DNA of 63,410 nucleotides, the filler included, from Sphacelaria rigidula (taxonomy: Eukaryota), in NCBI GenBank assembly GCA_964200075.2. It is 9 parts of 9 records of this genome, joined end to end, with 100 filler letters (N's around TTAATTAATTAA, not from the genome) between each part and the next. Parts side by side here need not be neighbours in the genome. Positions count along the whole stretch, not along the records: positions 49,399 to 56,354 come from CAXNAA020017218.1; positions 56,455 to 63,410 come from CAXNAA020017219.1; 7 more parts are not named here. One strand, written 5' to 3'. Below, piece after piece: positions 52,126 to 63,410 of the stretch. The translations under genes and the position numbers were made by a program. The stretch's first letter is position 1, and each line of letters opens with the position of its first letter. The notes under the pieces were generated by a model. That model was not told where the DNA came from, did no database searches, and saw only the letters and a list, made by a program, of their open reading frames with translations.

Positions 52126-52499
52126 TTTCCCTTCAGGGCATTTCCTCGCTCCAGCCTCCCCTCACGTCCATTTACTAGAGGGCTACGCCTTAGCTTCGCT
52201 ACATTGGCCATTGGCTATACATACGTCTAAGCCATGTAGACAATTTTCGTGTCTCTATCCCCTCCCACTCGTTGCTCGCTCTCTGCTTGAGCGTAACTCG
52301 AAAGTATTCTTCCTTCCTTTTTCAATTTTCCCATGACTGAGCAGTACAGTCCTGCTTCATCACATTTCCTCTTGAAATCTATTCTCGTCATATCGCTAGG
52401 AACTCAAAATACCGGCACTACCAGTGCGGCCGGCGAATCCCTATTTCTCCATTAACCCTTCCTCACCACCCCTCTCTCGATCTCTTTCCAGAGTATCTA

Positions 52500-52942
52500 A
52501 CACGGGATGTTACAAATTGGGGATGGATCTTTTATTGGGGATGAGAAACCCGAAGGATTAAAATCTTCGTATGCACACCAAATCTTCGAAATATGGTTCC
52601 ATTTCTTCACCTACTGATAGCTTTTGACAACTGCTACACGCCATTCAAATTTGGATTTCGATCACCGAAAATGTTGGGGTCCTAGGTGAAAAATCAATTT
52701 CGGAACCATTTTGGCTTCCGTTCGGACACCTGGAATTCCCCAGAAGTGGTTTTTCACCCAGGACCCCAACATTTCGGTGATCGAAAACCAAATTTCCATG
52801 GCGTGTAGCAGTTGTCAATAGGTATCAATAGGTGAAGAAATGGAACAATATTCCGAAGATTTGGTGTGGATACGAAGATTTTAATTCTCCGGGTTTCTCA
52901 TCCCCGATAAAAGATCCATCCTCAATTTGTAAGATCCCGTGT
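52500..52942. mobile_element. Foldback MITE with ~200-bp inverted arms and TA flanks
   Basis: ta|acacgggat.ttacaaattg...caatttgtaagatcccgtgt|ta; the arms pair along almost their whole length with a ~40-bp loop. Confidence 0.88.
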
Positions 52943-53059
52943 TATCTTCAGCTTGTTTTGTATTGAGTTTTGCAGTGGGATGTAACCAAGGTACTGGAAT
53001 GTCCCCATCTAGGAAGGTTTGGGGGTTCTGGTGTGTTTAGCTTTTTTTGCTGGCTCACC

Positions 53060-54094
53060 GACACAAAATAATGTCTCCAACATGGGCTCGTAGCATGAAG
53101 CCAAGATCAACACCCTTGACACAAATAGCCCACGTTTGTGCCGAGCAACATCCATGGTAAAACATCCTGGCGTTCCACGGTCGTATCTTCTATCTTCTTG
53201 CCCCACTGCTGTACTGGATACTTTCCTCCAGGGAGATCATTTTCACCGAGCAAGGTTCAAGGAAGGGTTGCATTACACAAGTTGTACTTTGATATCACCA
53301 AGTCTCGTACATCTCCTTCTCCCAATTCCGTGTACGTTTTACCATGGGTAACTGCCCCACGAGTGTTCCCGAGTAGCGCTTCGCTGCCCGAAAGCTTGGC
53401 CGACGATTCCCCCACATTTTGTACCGGCTAATATCGTATCCTTTAAGATCTTAAGATACTTACGTACCGTTCGGGGCCCGTTCTTTTCGGCCATGCGGTC
53501 AGCCATTGGCACGGACGGTGCTTCATGAGTGCAGTAAACCTAGGCGTTTTCATCATGAATTATACACCCTCCCTTCCATTCATCGCCTTGCAGCTGATGT
53601 CGAGGATTTGGGATAACATGTTACCAGATTTCCACCGCCCAATGGAATCGGTACACTTTTTCGTCTTTCGGCAATTTTTCGAGTATCTCACCACGAGACC
53701 CAACATTCATATGACTCCATCATGCCGGGGTGACCTTGCTCTATCTGTACCTGTTTTTTTTCCTGTGTTGTCGGTTTCTCATGTAAGAGAGTTCACTTCC
53801 AAGCCCTCACTTGCATGTCTGGGTTTTGGTCTTTGCTTTATGTCTTACCTTTGTTGCGATATGAAGGAGAGAATCTCGACTGCATTGTGTTATGGAATGG
53901 GGAAAAAATAAAAAGTGGCTATTTGCGGCATTTCATGTCTATAACCCGTCTGTGTTCTGGTAATGCAAGTGGTAATAGTCACCTTCCATATTGAACTCGG
54001 GGAGCTACTTCTCTCCGGTTTTCGTGGCGTCGCTCTTCTTATTTTATTTATTTTTTTGTTTATTTTGGTAATGTNNNNNNNNNNTATGTGCGGA

Positions 54095-54152
<58 letters not shown>

Positions 54153-54620
54153 TTCCATCTATATCCGGTCTTCACTCTCGTAGTGCAACGCAAACACCGG
54201 TTTGCTCCGTTGCTTCACAGCCGTATCCGGTGTGTCTTCTGGCCACGCAAGGGAGAATATGATTGCTTCGATATTTCATGTCTATATCCGGTCCGTGTTC
54301 TGGTAATACGAAAGGTGGTGAGCCCCTGAGTTTCCATGTCTATATCCGGTCTGTGTTCTGGTAACTATTGCCATTAAAAAAAGTGAGCTTCATTCCATGT
54401 CTATATCCGGTCTGCGCTTTGCTTTGCAACAACTAAATGATTAGCTTTGATATGTTTTGTCCATATCCAGTCTGCGTTCTGGTAAGCTAATGAAAACAAG
54501 GGGAGGTTCAGCCAAGCATTCTTCCATGCCTAGTGCGTCTGCCGTTTGTGGAAATTGTCTGCTGTCTAGTGTCGGTCTCTGGTATATGTACGGTGACAGG
54601 CTGTACATTTTATGCAAGGG
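53060..54620. repeat. Second copy of the 47970-49150 repeat, with (AAT)n at 54095-54151
   Basis: Collinear similarity to 47970-49150. Confidence 0.75.
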
Positions 54621-54802
54621 CAAGTCGGGTAGGGTAAACCCAATACTCGGTATTGTTTAGAAGTCATACTCTTAGCACCCAAAAATTGGGCGGAGAATTT
54701 GAGGTCGAACTCAATCTCCCCTACGTTTGGGTAGAGCAATGAGATCATACCCAAGTGGTATTTATATACTCAAGTATTACTGAGATTGCTTACCCAATAT
54801 TG

Positions 54803-55034
54803 TACGATAGCGCCCCCCCAAAAAGTGCCTGGTTTGGGGAGGCAAAACCTTGACGTGAATGGAAATGGAAAAGGCCGAGCACAACGAGCAGCTGGGAATT
54901 CCTGCGCTTGGGTTCGTTCTCGCCAACGTCGCCCATGTGAGGCGCTTCATGCAGCCTGAACCCATACATCAGACGCTGTATGACCATTTTTTTCGTGACA
55001 CTTTTGTGCTGGTTTTGGGGAGGGGGCTATCGTA
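54803..55034. mobile_element. MITE with TACGATAGCCCCC TIRs
   Basis: TIRs present; an inverted homolog lies at ~56531-56887. Confidence 0.72.
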
Positions 55035-55851
55035 GAAGGTATCTTGAGATCGTACTCAATCTACCCCAAAACTGTGTAGAGAATCGAGGTCATACCCAAG
55101 TGATACTCTATACCCAGGTGTTGCTAAGAGTGCTCACTCAATATTGGATGGAGTAGATGAGGTCGTACTCAATCTACCCAAAAAATGGTCCGAGTATTTA
55201 AGGTCGTACCCAATCTACCCAAACGCTGGGTAGAGTAAATACCCGGGTATTTCACACGAGTATTCAAAAGCACATAACCTACCCGACATGCCCTTGATTT
55301 AATGCCTACGGTCTGGTGGCTCATTCTTAAGGCGCCGTTGCCACTCGACGCCAACCCAGGAGTCTAGAGTGAGCAGGGGCTCCAACCAGAGGGGAGGGGA
55401 AAGTGGGGGCGTGAGACTTACCGGCCTTCCCCCACGTACCCTGTCGAGGGCTGCTCCATGCTTCTTCGCGTGCAGCCATTGAGGACAAACTGTAGGTACT
55501 CTCTCGGGCCGAAGCTCATGAGAGTATGGAGGCGCATGCACTACGCCAAGTCGGCAGAGGGTTTTAGTGGGTGCGACCTTTGCACTGCTTTCAGCAAAGC
55601 CTTCCGGACGCTCAAAAGCGCCCACTTCACATGACTGCGGTGAGGCGGTCTACCCGAGCCTCCGGGTTATCGGCACACAAACCCGTCCGCGGGGGGTACG
55701 TATTCGTATGGGGTGAGGTTTCTTCCTTCTTTGAAGGGACAAAACACAATGTACATGGTTTGATCAAGCGTGGACAGTATCGCCGTATTCTCCTCCAGAA
55801 CACCACTACATGTATCTCGTGACCTGGAGTACTTACTCATCGGTCGACTAA

Positions 55852-56088
55852 TGCCGAGATAGCCCCCCCACAAAAAGTGCACCGGAGACCGGCCCACAAA
55901 CTGACTGCAATCCCACTATTGGGCTCGTTCGCAGTAATTTCGCCCACATGATACGCGTGTATCAGTCAGAAATCAGCTAAAACGCCCACATGAGTCGCGT
56001 CGTGCAGCACGAAACCAGCTCTAACGACGTTCATGATGATCGCCTCCGTGCAATTTTTCGGCCGGTTCGGGGGGGGGCTATCTCGGCA
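55852..56088. mobile_element. MITE with TGCCGAGATAGCCCCCC TIRs
   Basis: TIRs present; homologous to 40679-40993. Confidence 0.75.
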
Positions 56089-56109
56089 GCAGTCGGTCCC
56101 ATGACAAGG

Positions 56110-56354
56110 CCGGTCGCCCCGGTGGCTCAGTTGGTATCCTCGAAACCTTCTGACGGTGGGGTCGTGGGTTCGAATCTCGGTGGAGTCACACGATCTGGGA
56201 TTTTGTCTCGCACAATGCCCAACAGTGGAGAGCGAGTACGCCGTGGGTGCACGAAATTCGAATTAATGGTCGACGAGGGAAAGGGTCTGCTGAACCCCTG
56301 TCGCGATAAAAAATAAAGGCAAGCACCGCAGAAGTAAGATGGGGTACTAAAAAT
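56110..56354 (+). mobile_element. tRNA-derived SINE, cut by contig end
   Basis: A-box TGGCTCAGTTGG and B-box GGTTCGAATC. Confidence 0.8.
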
Positions 56355-57123
56355 NNNNNNNNNNNNNNNNNNNNNNNNNNNNNNNNNNNNNNNNNNNNTT
56401 AATTAATTAANNNNNNNNNNNNNNNNNNNNNNNNNNNNNNNNNNNNNNNNNNNNTGTCGAACTATAAAACCCTCGAGACCGACACCCCGGCTCGAAGGCT
56501 TTTTGTTGCCAACCCCACCCACCACACTTTCTACGATAGCCCCCCCCCCCCCCCCCTAACCCAGTCCAAAACTGTCACGAAGAAAATGGTCATACAGCGC
56601 CTGATGGTTGGTTTCAGGCTGCATGAAACGCGTCAGAAGGGCGACATGGGCGAAAATGAACCAAGGCATTGAAATTCCCAGCTGCTCGTTGTACTCGGCG
56701 TTTGTCCTTTCGATTCACGCAGAGCTTTTGCCTCCCCAAACCAGCCACTTTTGTGGGGGGGGAGGGGGCGTACTCATTTGTTGCTTGTCTTCGTCGTTTG
56801 ACCATTGACCATACATCCCTCTCGAGACGGAGCGTTTTTTGTGTGTGTATGTGTGTGTGGGAGGGGGAGGGGGAGGGGCGATCGTAGAGAGTGTCCTACG
56901 AGTAACGCCGCGGTAGGGTTGCACAAAATAGTTCTCAGGATTCAATTGCTAGGAGCCCGTCATCTCATCCGAAAACATGACGCATGAAACTTGTGACACA
57001 ACGCCACCATTGAGGCCGAAACGGTCTGTGGTCCACAGCCAGAAATATCGCCCGGACATAAAACATGCGGCATTTCTCGAGAAATTTTCTTCGCTTCTCT
57101 CTGCCCTGCACACTACTACGCAC

Positions 57124-57260
57124 CTATACGTGCCCGGCACGGCGAGCTGCAAGCTCTGAGCACTGGGAAGCGCGGGCGCAACGTGTCTTAGCTCGATGTA
57201 CTTGAGGGTGGCGAGCAGCCGTGAGATCTTTCGGAAAACATGGTAGTAGATGTCCCACGC
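57124..57260 (-). CDS. TOR: TOR kinase exon (end of FRB and linker to kinase domain)
   Basis: ttaag|AWDIYYHVFRKISRLLATLKYIELRHVAPALPSAQSLQLAVPGTY-AG|gtgcgt; compare mTOR AWDLYYHVFRRISKQLPQL..LAVPGTY. Confidence 0.95.
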
Positions 57261-57280
57261 CTTAAGAGTGAAGGCAGTAC

Positions 57281-57316
<36 letters not shown>

Positions 57317-58069
57317 CAAGCAAAGAAAAAAAGTTGAAGAAAACACGAAAGAAGGGCAGAAGGGCGAAGGGAAAACAAAACCATCGGAAAAAAAAACGGA
57401 AGCAATCTGATGGACAGTCTACCGAAGGGCTGCGGGAGTGCTAATGTTCCAACGTTCAGTCGGTTGATTAATTGCTCGATAACACGGGATTACTCATGAC
57501 CTTGTACATGCCCAAATGTGCCTGTTAAGGAATCACGTATTCACATAAAACCCCGTTTCGTCAAGGGGTGCTACTACCCGAAATGTGGGTCAAAAACATA
57601 TTTTCTCGGCTGTATTGCCACATATATATATATATATGTATATATGTATATATCTCACTATTCAATATCTACCCACTATAAATTTATATTATTCCATATA
57701 CAGCTAAAAAATTGTCGTGAAAGAAATGAGCTTGTACTATTGTTTATCGGAACCATCGTGATGGGTTCGTTCGAGAAAATATATCAAAGATCCAGAACCT
57801 GAGGCTATGTGAAACGAACGCATGGGATTCCCGACGACCGGTTGACCCGTTTCTCAGTTCAAAAATTGATTGAAAAAATATATGTTTACGATTTCGGAAT
57901 ACGTTTCGGGATACCATCATCCTCTTTCCATCCCCAATTCTTGTCACTTTGTTCGACGTTAAACGTGGAAAAAAAACTGAAAAAATCGCTTTCAGCCGCA
58001 ACTCCATCCTTCGAATGACGACTACTGACTGCTCTTTGAGGAGCCCCCAGAAGCACCAAAACATCGCAC

Positions 58070-58336
58070 CTGAAGGAGATCAACCTCCCGTTTCGTCCGA
58101 GAGTACCGTTCTACCCATTCCCAAGCCTCCGCGAGATCCCGTCCATGGATGTGTAAAAATGCCACCCCTCGAACGGTATCAGCGGCCAGCCCATCTTGTG
58201 CCAAGGCATCGGCGAGAGGAGACGATTCAACCGACGTGTTCGGGGGGGGAGACGTTTTTCCTGTCCCCGCTCCGGATAATGACGATGCTGAGGTGGTAGA
58301 CGAATATCTGTCCCAGGGTAGCAGGTCGTGCAACAT
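58070..58336 (-). CDS. TOR: TOR kinase exon (FRB middle, with insertion)
   Basis: cgcag|MLHDLL...AFLHIHGRDLAEAWEWVERYSRTKREVDLLQ|gtgcga; 267 nt, phase 0/0; compare SFNQAYGRDLMEAQEWCRKY..DLTQ. Confidence 0.92.
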
Positions 58337-59134
58337 CTGCGTGACGAAAAAACAAAAAAAGACAAAAGACAGGAACAACACGGGATGAAGGCGAACACAA
58401 AAAAACACACTCGTATGCAATATTCCTTAGGGTAGCAAGTACTGAATGGTTTTGAGAATAAGGAAGTGGATAGCTTTTCGTTTTTGCATACTGGTTCACG
58501 GATCTTCGTTATTCTTTCATTTCTGAACTCTTCATTCAACTTTTTACTCCTCCCCCTACGCTACACACCCCACGCCCATTTTATCTCGTTTCTTCGACAG
58601 ACTTGTGGAAGAGAAAAATAAAAGAGTGAGACACGAAAAAGTTACTGTGTACCGGGAAAAAAATCAGGTGCCTGTGCAACGAATTAAACTGGCCGTACAA
58701 GTCGCAAGAGGGGAACCTGCGGCTGATGAAAAAACCATTGCGTGTCCCCGATAAAAGGAACGAATAGCTTCACTTTGCCTCACTACATCCCTACGTCCAT
58801 CTATACCCCAGCCCACACACACCGAACTCGAGGCAGTATTTATTGACCCTCTGGGGACCAGACTCCCGCGTGCGAACCACATGATTTTGTGTCGATAGAT
58901 ATCATTTTCAGTCGTTCCCTTCTTATTGCGTATTCACAACAAGACCCCCGCGTGCGAACCACGCGTTTGTGGGAGTCTGGTCCCAAAAGGGTTATATAAC
59001 CCTTAGACAGCGAGAGTGAGTAATCTGTTGAATAGACCTCAATTTCACTCGGGTAAAAGGTATGCATGGTCAAGATGGGGTACCCTCGCTATCTAAGTGT
59101 CAATCTGGATACATTCGTCGAACGCTCACTGTAC

Positions 59135-59236
59135 CTGCAGCCTGGTGCGCATGCCCTCGACATTTCCATCCCCGAAGTACATCCGCGAAGCTTCTTCCAA
59201 TCCTTCGTGCCACACCTCTGACCATGTCATCGCCAC
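59135..59236 (-). CDS. TOR: TOR kinase exon (FRB start)
   Basis: aacag|[34 protein letters not shown]|gtacag; 102 nt; compare [22 protein letters not shown]. Confidence 0.95.
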
Positions 59237-59506
59237 CTGTTCGTCGATTTGAGTGGCTCGATCGATTGGTTGATAGATTCTACGCAGGGGTCGTGTTCTG
59301 TAGGGCAATACCGGCTGAAACTCGGGTAGTAACAGAGGCGTGAGAGAAGATTATTTTCGGTAAATACCCTTTCGGATCATGTCGGATTGTTTCGGAACAA
59401 GGCCTGGTACCCTGCAGGACCGCACTTGAATGTTCGGCACACATTTCGGTATGGTTTAGTAAACCAACCAAAACCCTCGCACATCCGCGTATACCCTACA
59501 AAAGAC

Positions 59507-60616
59507 CACACCCTGTACAACTACGATAGTTGGTAGTTGTTTGCCACACAACTACTGGTTCAGAATCATGTGCAACTAGTTACCTGCAGACAACTAACTT
59601 TTCAGATTCGTATGCAACTAGTTGCCTGCAGACAACTAACTTTTCAGATTCGTACGCAACTAGTTGCCTGCAGACAACTAAATTTTCAGATTCGTAAGCA
59701 ACTAGTTGCCTGTAGATAACTAACTTTTCAAAATCGTGTGCAACTCGTCGCCTATTGATAACTAACTTTTCAGAATCGTGTGCAACTACTTGCCTCCAGA
59801 CAACTACTGGTTCAGAATCGTGCGCAACTAGTTGCTTGCAGATAACTACTGGTTCGAAACCGTACGCAACTAGTTGCCCGCAGACAACTACTGGTTCAGA
59901 ATCGTGTGCAACTCGTTGTTTGCAGACAACTAGCTAGTAGTTGTCTGCCAAACAAGTAACATAGTTGGATAGTATTCCGCGCGCGAGCATGACAATTCCA
60001 ACTCATAGCTAGATGACCACCACCCCTCTCCAAAGCGGGAGCTATCTCCCGAACAACATCCACATAAATTCCAGAATAATATGCTGGGCGGTGCAAAACG
60101 AAACACTGGTTGCGGAGGAGAGAATGCAAGCATAGGCATTTGCCTTGCCGTACATCGTTGTCAGAACACACAGCAAGAGCAAAACACAAAACAGGTACTC
60201 TCGTGAGCACGTGGCGGCTACATCTATCCTTGTCGCTGCCGAGCCCGAAAACCCGAAAAACCCAAGTGCGAACTGCCCCTGGAACATTGCTACGGTCTCA
60301 TTGTTCTGTTTTACATTGACAACTGCAACTAGTTGCCTGCAGACAACTACTGGTTCAGAATCGTGCGCAACTAGTCGCCTGCAGACTACACTGGTTCAGA
60401 ATCGTGCGCAACTAGTTGCCTGCAGACAACTACTGGTTCATAATCGTGCGCAACTAGTTGCCTGCAGACAACACTGGTTCAAAATCGTGCGCAACTAGTT
60501 GTCTGTAGACAACTACTGGTTCATAATCGTGTGCAACTGGTTGTTTGCAGGCAACTACCTGGTAGTTGTCTGCCAAACAACTAACTTAGTTATTAGTTAT
60601 AGTTGTACAGGGTGTG
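59507..60616. mobile_element. TIR element carrying two 42-bp minisatellite arrays
   Basis: TIR cacaccctgtacaacta / tagttgtacagggtgtg. The unit gcaactagttgcctgcagacaactactggttcagaatcgtgc is tandemly repeated at ~59550-59930 and ~60325-60555. Confidence 0.8.
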
Positions 60617-60633
60617 CAGGGGACACACAACCA

Positions 60634-60775
60634 TGGTTCTACGGGTTGATTGGTTCTACGGGTGGTTCTATGGGTTGACTGGGTCTTTGGGTTGACTGGG
60701 TCTATGAGTTGACTGGTTCTATGGGGTGACTGGTTCTATGGGTTGACTGGTTCTATGGGATGATTGGTTCTGTAC
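60634..60775 (+). repeat. ~17-bp minisatellite (ggttctatgggttgact)n
   Basis: About 8 imperfect tandem units. Confidence 0.85.
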
Positions 60776-61036
60776 GTTGATTCAGTTGATTGGCTGATTT
60801 GGCTGATTGGTTTGATGGATTCAATGGTTGATCGGTGGGTAGGTTAGTTGGCTCATGGGGCGAACATACCACTTCAAATGGAATGATCTCCCGCCTACAA
60901 ACAGAGCCGTTGTCACAAGATAATGGAACGTACGCGCGGAATGTAAGTGAAACAAACAGGGGAAAAAAAGTTGCTCAGAGGGGAACGCGACTCAAAAAAC
61001 ACATGATACATCGGGGTGAAGAGAGAAGCAGCGTGT

Positions 61037-61125
61037 ATTCCATGACATCTATATCTATACTAATATCTATATACTTACATATTCCATGACATCTATATCT
61101 ATACTAATATCTATATATTTACATA
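61037..61125 (+). repeat. ~44-bp tandem duplication followed by (TA)n
   Basis: attccatgacatctatatctatactaatatctatata occurs twice. Confidence 0.85.
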
Positions 61126-61512
61126 TATATATATATATATATATGAGGCGAGTGCCGTCTACATGTATACGCTGCGAAGGTATGATTTCTTGCAAGTTGT
61201 AGGTGAAACTCAAGGATATCTTACCCATCATCATTTTACATGAAACCTGCTCGATCGCGTCCCGCCATGAGCACCCTAGTATTGGAGCATGATATTTTAT
61301 TATTGTAGCCCGCGGATTATCATGATGCCTTATCCTTCCTGTTGTGCTGGAAAATGACCTACCTGACTGTACACAAAAGCCCGCGAGATCATGACCTATC
61401 ATCACCACACACACATCGGTTTGCATCGCGACCCTCTACTATAGATCATGACCTGTACCATCATTTCATTCCCGTCGCACCGCCATCTATACCCAGTCCT
61501 GCGGCAAAAGAA

Positions 61513-61544
<32 letters not shown>

Positions 61545-63330
61545 TTCGGAACAAGATTGGACATCTTTTCATACCCTCGCGCACTGCTGCAACGCCCAAC
61601 CCCGGATCTAGACGCATGGACTTGTTGTGGTCTACATGAGATGTCAGCAAAGTTTCAGGGCATAGCAGCGACGACAGCGCGCGCATGATCGTGCCTTCTG
61701 GCCTGAGCATCTCTACAGTCGATACCGGCATAGTTTTTTTACAGATTGTCATCATCCACAGGCGGCGGCAGAAATGATCTATGTTTGTTTGCGAGCACTT
61801 CAGACTCCCAGGTGGTCACAGTGCGGAAGTGATTGCGCCACCACGTCCACATGTGCATTCACCCACGGTACACAGCATGTCGACCGCCAGGTAATCGTTT
61901 TGAGGGCTTACCGACGGTATTGCCCAAAACTGGAATTCGCTTCGTTTAATTTGCTCGGGGGAGGAAAGTGGCTGTGCTCCGATACATATACTGGCTATGC
62001 TGTGCCCGACTGGTGCAACAAGTTTCACGTGGGTGCCTGCAGCAGCGGTCGAGAACTTCACAATCAAAAATGAAATGCAAAAGTCGAAAATGGCACCGGT
62101 CAAACGTTGAAAGATACACCAGCTGCAGTTACGCCGCATACTCCTCGTACGAAACCATACTGGCGCAACCGCTGCGCCCCTGCGGCAGCGCAGGAGAGAT
62201 GGGGACAAAGGAACAACCGTACTTGCCAGCACTGTGGATTTGGCTTTGCCACATCGCCCCGCCAACCGATATGCCGACAGTCATGTCGGCATTAACAGGG
62301 CATGCGCATCAAGTGTTGGGGTCCTAATGCACGCCGTACTGAGCTGCAGGCAACAGGATACTGTACCCGATGGCACTGCCGAGCATGGTACAGACAGTAG
62401 CTTTGTACAGTGGTAGTCACACATCAGAAAAAAGGGGTGCAGCACATCACACACGTTTCATACTGTATTTTATGTGAAGTTTTCAGTGTTGAAGGCGGCG
62501 CAATTGGCTGTGCAAGGCATGCATGCACAAAAGTGTGTGGTGTTACTTGCTCGTTGAAGCCAATGACCTAATTCCTTTTTATGCGCCCTTTTGGCCTGGT
62601 GCCCTGAGCGTGGTCGCCACCTATCGGCGTTGCATTGTGCACGAGATGCACCAATGAAGAGTACCACAATTCAGACCACCCCACGCGGGAAATCATCACT
62701 ATTTCAGCCAGAACTCTACACCCACGATCCCGCCTTGAGCAAAGCTTGCAAGCGATGCCACGTGCTGGGCCGATGCTCCCTTGTGTCGGGCCCGCTGCTC
62801 GTGTGAACTTCATCTACCTCACGGCTGATATCAGCCGAATGCTTGTCAAATGGTTCTTTTGTGCGGGCATGCCGGTATTGGATTGTTTTATTATATTTTG
62901 GCGCAGGACCGTACCATAACCCACTACATGTAACACGACCTCAATTATATGTGACATTTCAAACACCATCTTCATCGCCACACCCTATTCATGGATGATT
63001 CGTAACTTGGCTCCAACGAACATTTTCCCCCCCTCCCCTATCCATCGATTTTTCTCGGGAAAAAATCGGATTGTTTACATTTTTTCCCCAGGTTCAAAAC
63101 CTTTTTTCATGGCTAACTCCAGCTAAATATGGGGTTGTGCCCAAGCATCATTCATGACTCTTCTGGGAAAATCCCCCCTGATTCTCACCGTTGGTTCCGG
63201 CCGAAAAACGTAGCTTTCACAGGCCAGGCAGCACCCCCGTGGCGCTCAAGCATATGCACAGTTTATTTTCCGAAAAATAAAGTCAGCACGACCGCGATAT
63301 GGTGGAAAATAATGTAGAAATATGCGTAGC

Positions 63331-63366
<36 letters not shown>

Positions 63367-63410
63367 TTCCCCCTCCCCGCCCTGCCCCCCCCCCCCCCCG
63401 CCCCTTTCCC

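Noticed and set aside
6959-56454. Regular ~7.06-kb periodic TTAATTAATTAA motif as a biological repeat or modular system
   Set aside because: It is embedded in fixed N44 pads between size-sorted contigs, so it is an assembly linker. Cross-contig gene neighbourhoods are meaningless.
59550-60555. CRISPR array
   Set aside because: The palindromic 42-bp units abut without unique spacers, there are no cas genes, and the context is a eukaryotic intron inside TIRs.
62620-62730. EIVMISRVGWSELWYSSL as an SMG1/TOR-like helix
   Set aside because: Too short, no supporting neighbouring motifs or clear splice sites; probably chance.
63330-63410. Poly-C tract
   Set aside because: Low-complexity contig end, likely of unreliable sequence.

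Overview
Eukaryotic, repeat-rich DNA, most likely from a brown alga (Phaeophyceae), judged from the 5S rRNA sequence, TTAGGG-type repeats and GT-AG intron-rich genes. The window is not one locus. It is nine unrelated contigs of 6958-6956 bp, sorted by length and joined by artificial 100-bp spacers (N44-TTAATTAATTAA-N44), so nothing can be inferred across spacers. Contents: (1) a decayed ~205-bp tandem 5S rDNA array whose spacers carry three different transposon insertions; (2) a degenerate Ty3/Gypsy element; (3) a family of TGT...ACA, 4-5-bp-TSD MITEs carrying internal telomere-like (CCCTAA)n, one with a solo-LTR-like insert exactly in the telomeric tract; (4) a long coiled-coil ORF with a MIEAP/GrpE-like C-terminus; (5) a phase-consistent four-exon low-complexity gene; (6) an RSP3-like first exon; (7) a degenerate APE-type LINE whose 5' head is widely dispersed; (8) three exons of a TOR kinase whose FRB domain has a ~42-aa insertion and a natural T2098L-equivalent residue; plus tRNA-derived SINEs and several MITE/foldback elements. 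There is no CRISPR array or prokaryotic operon. All family assignments come from motif recognition by eye, not from database searches.
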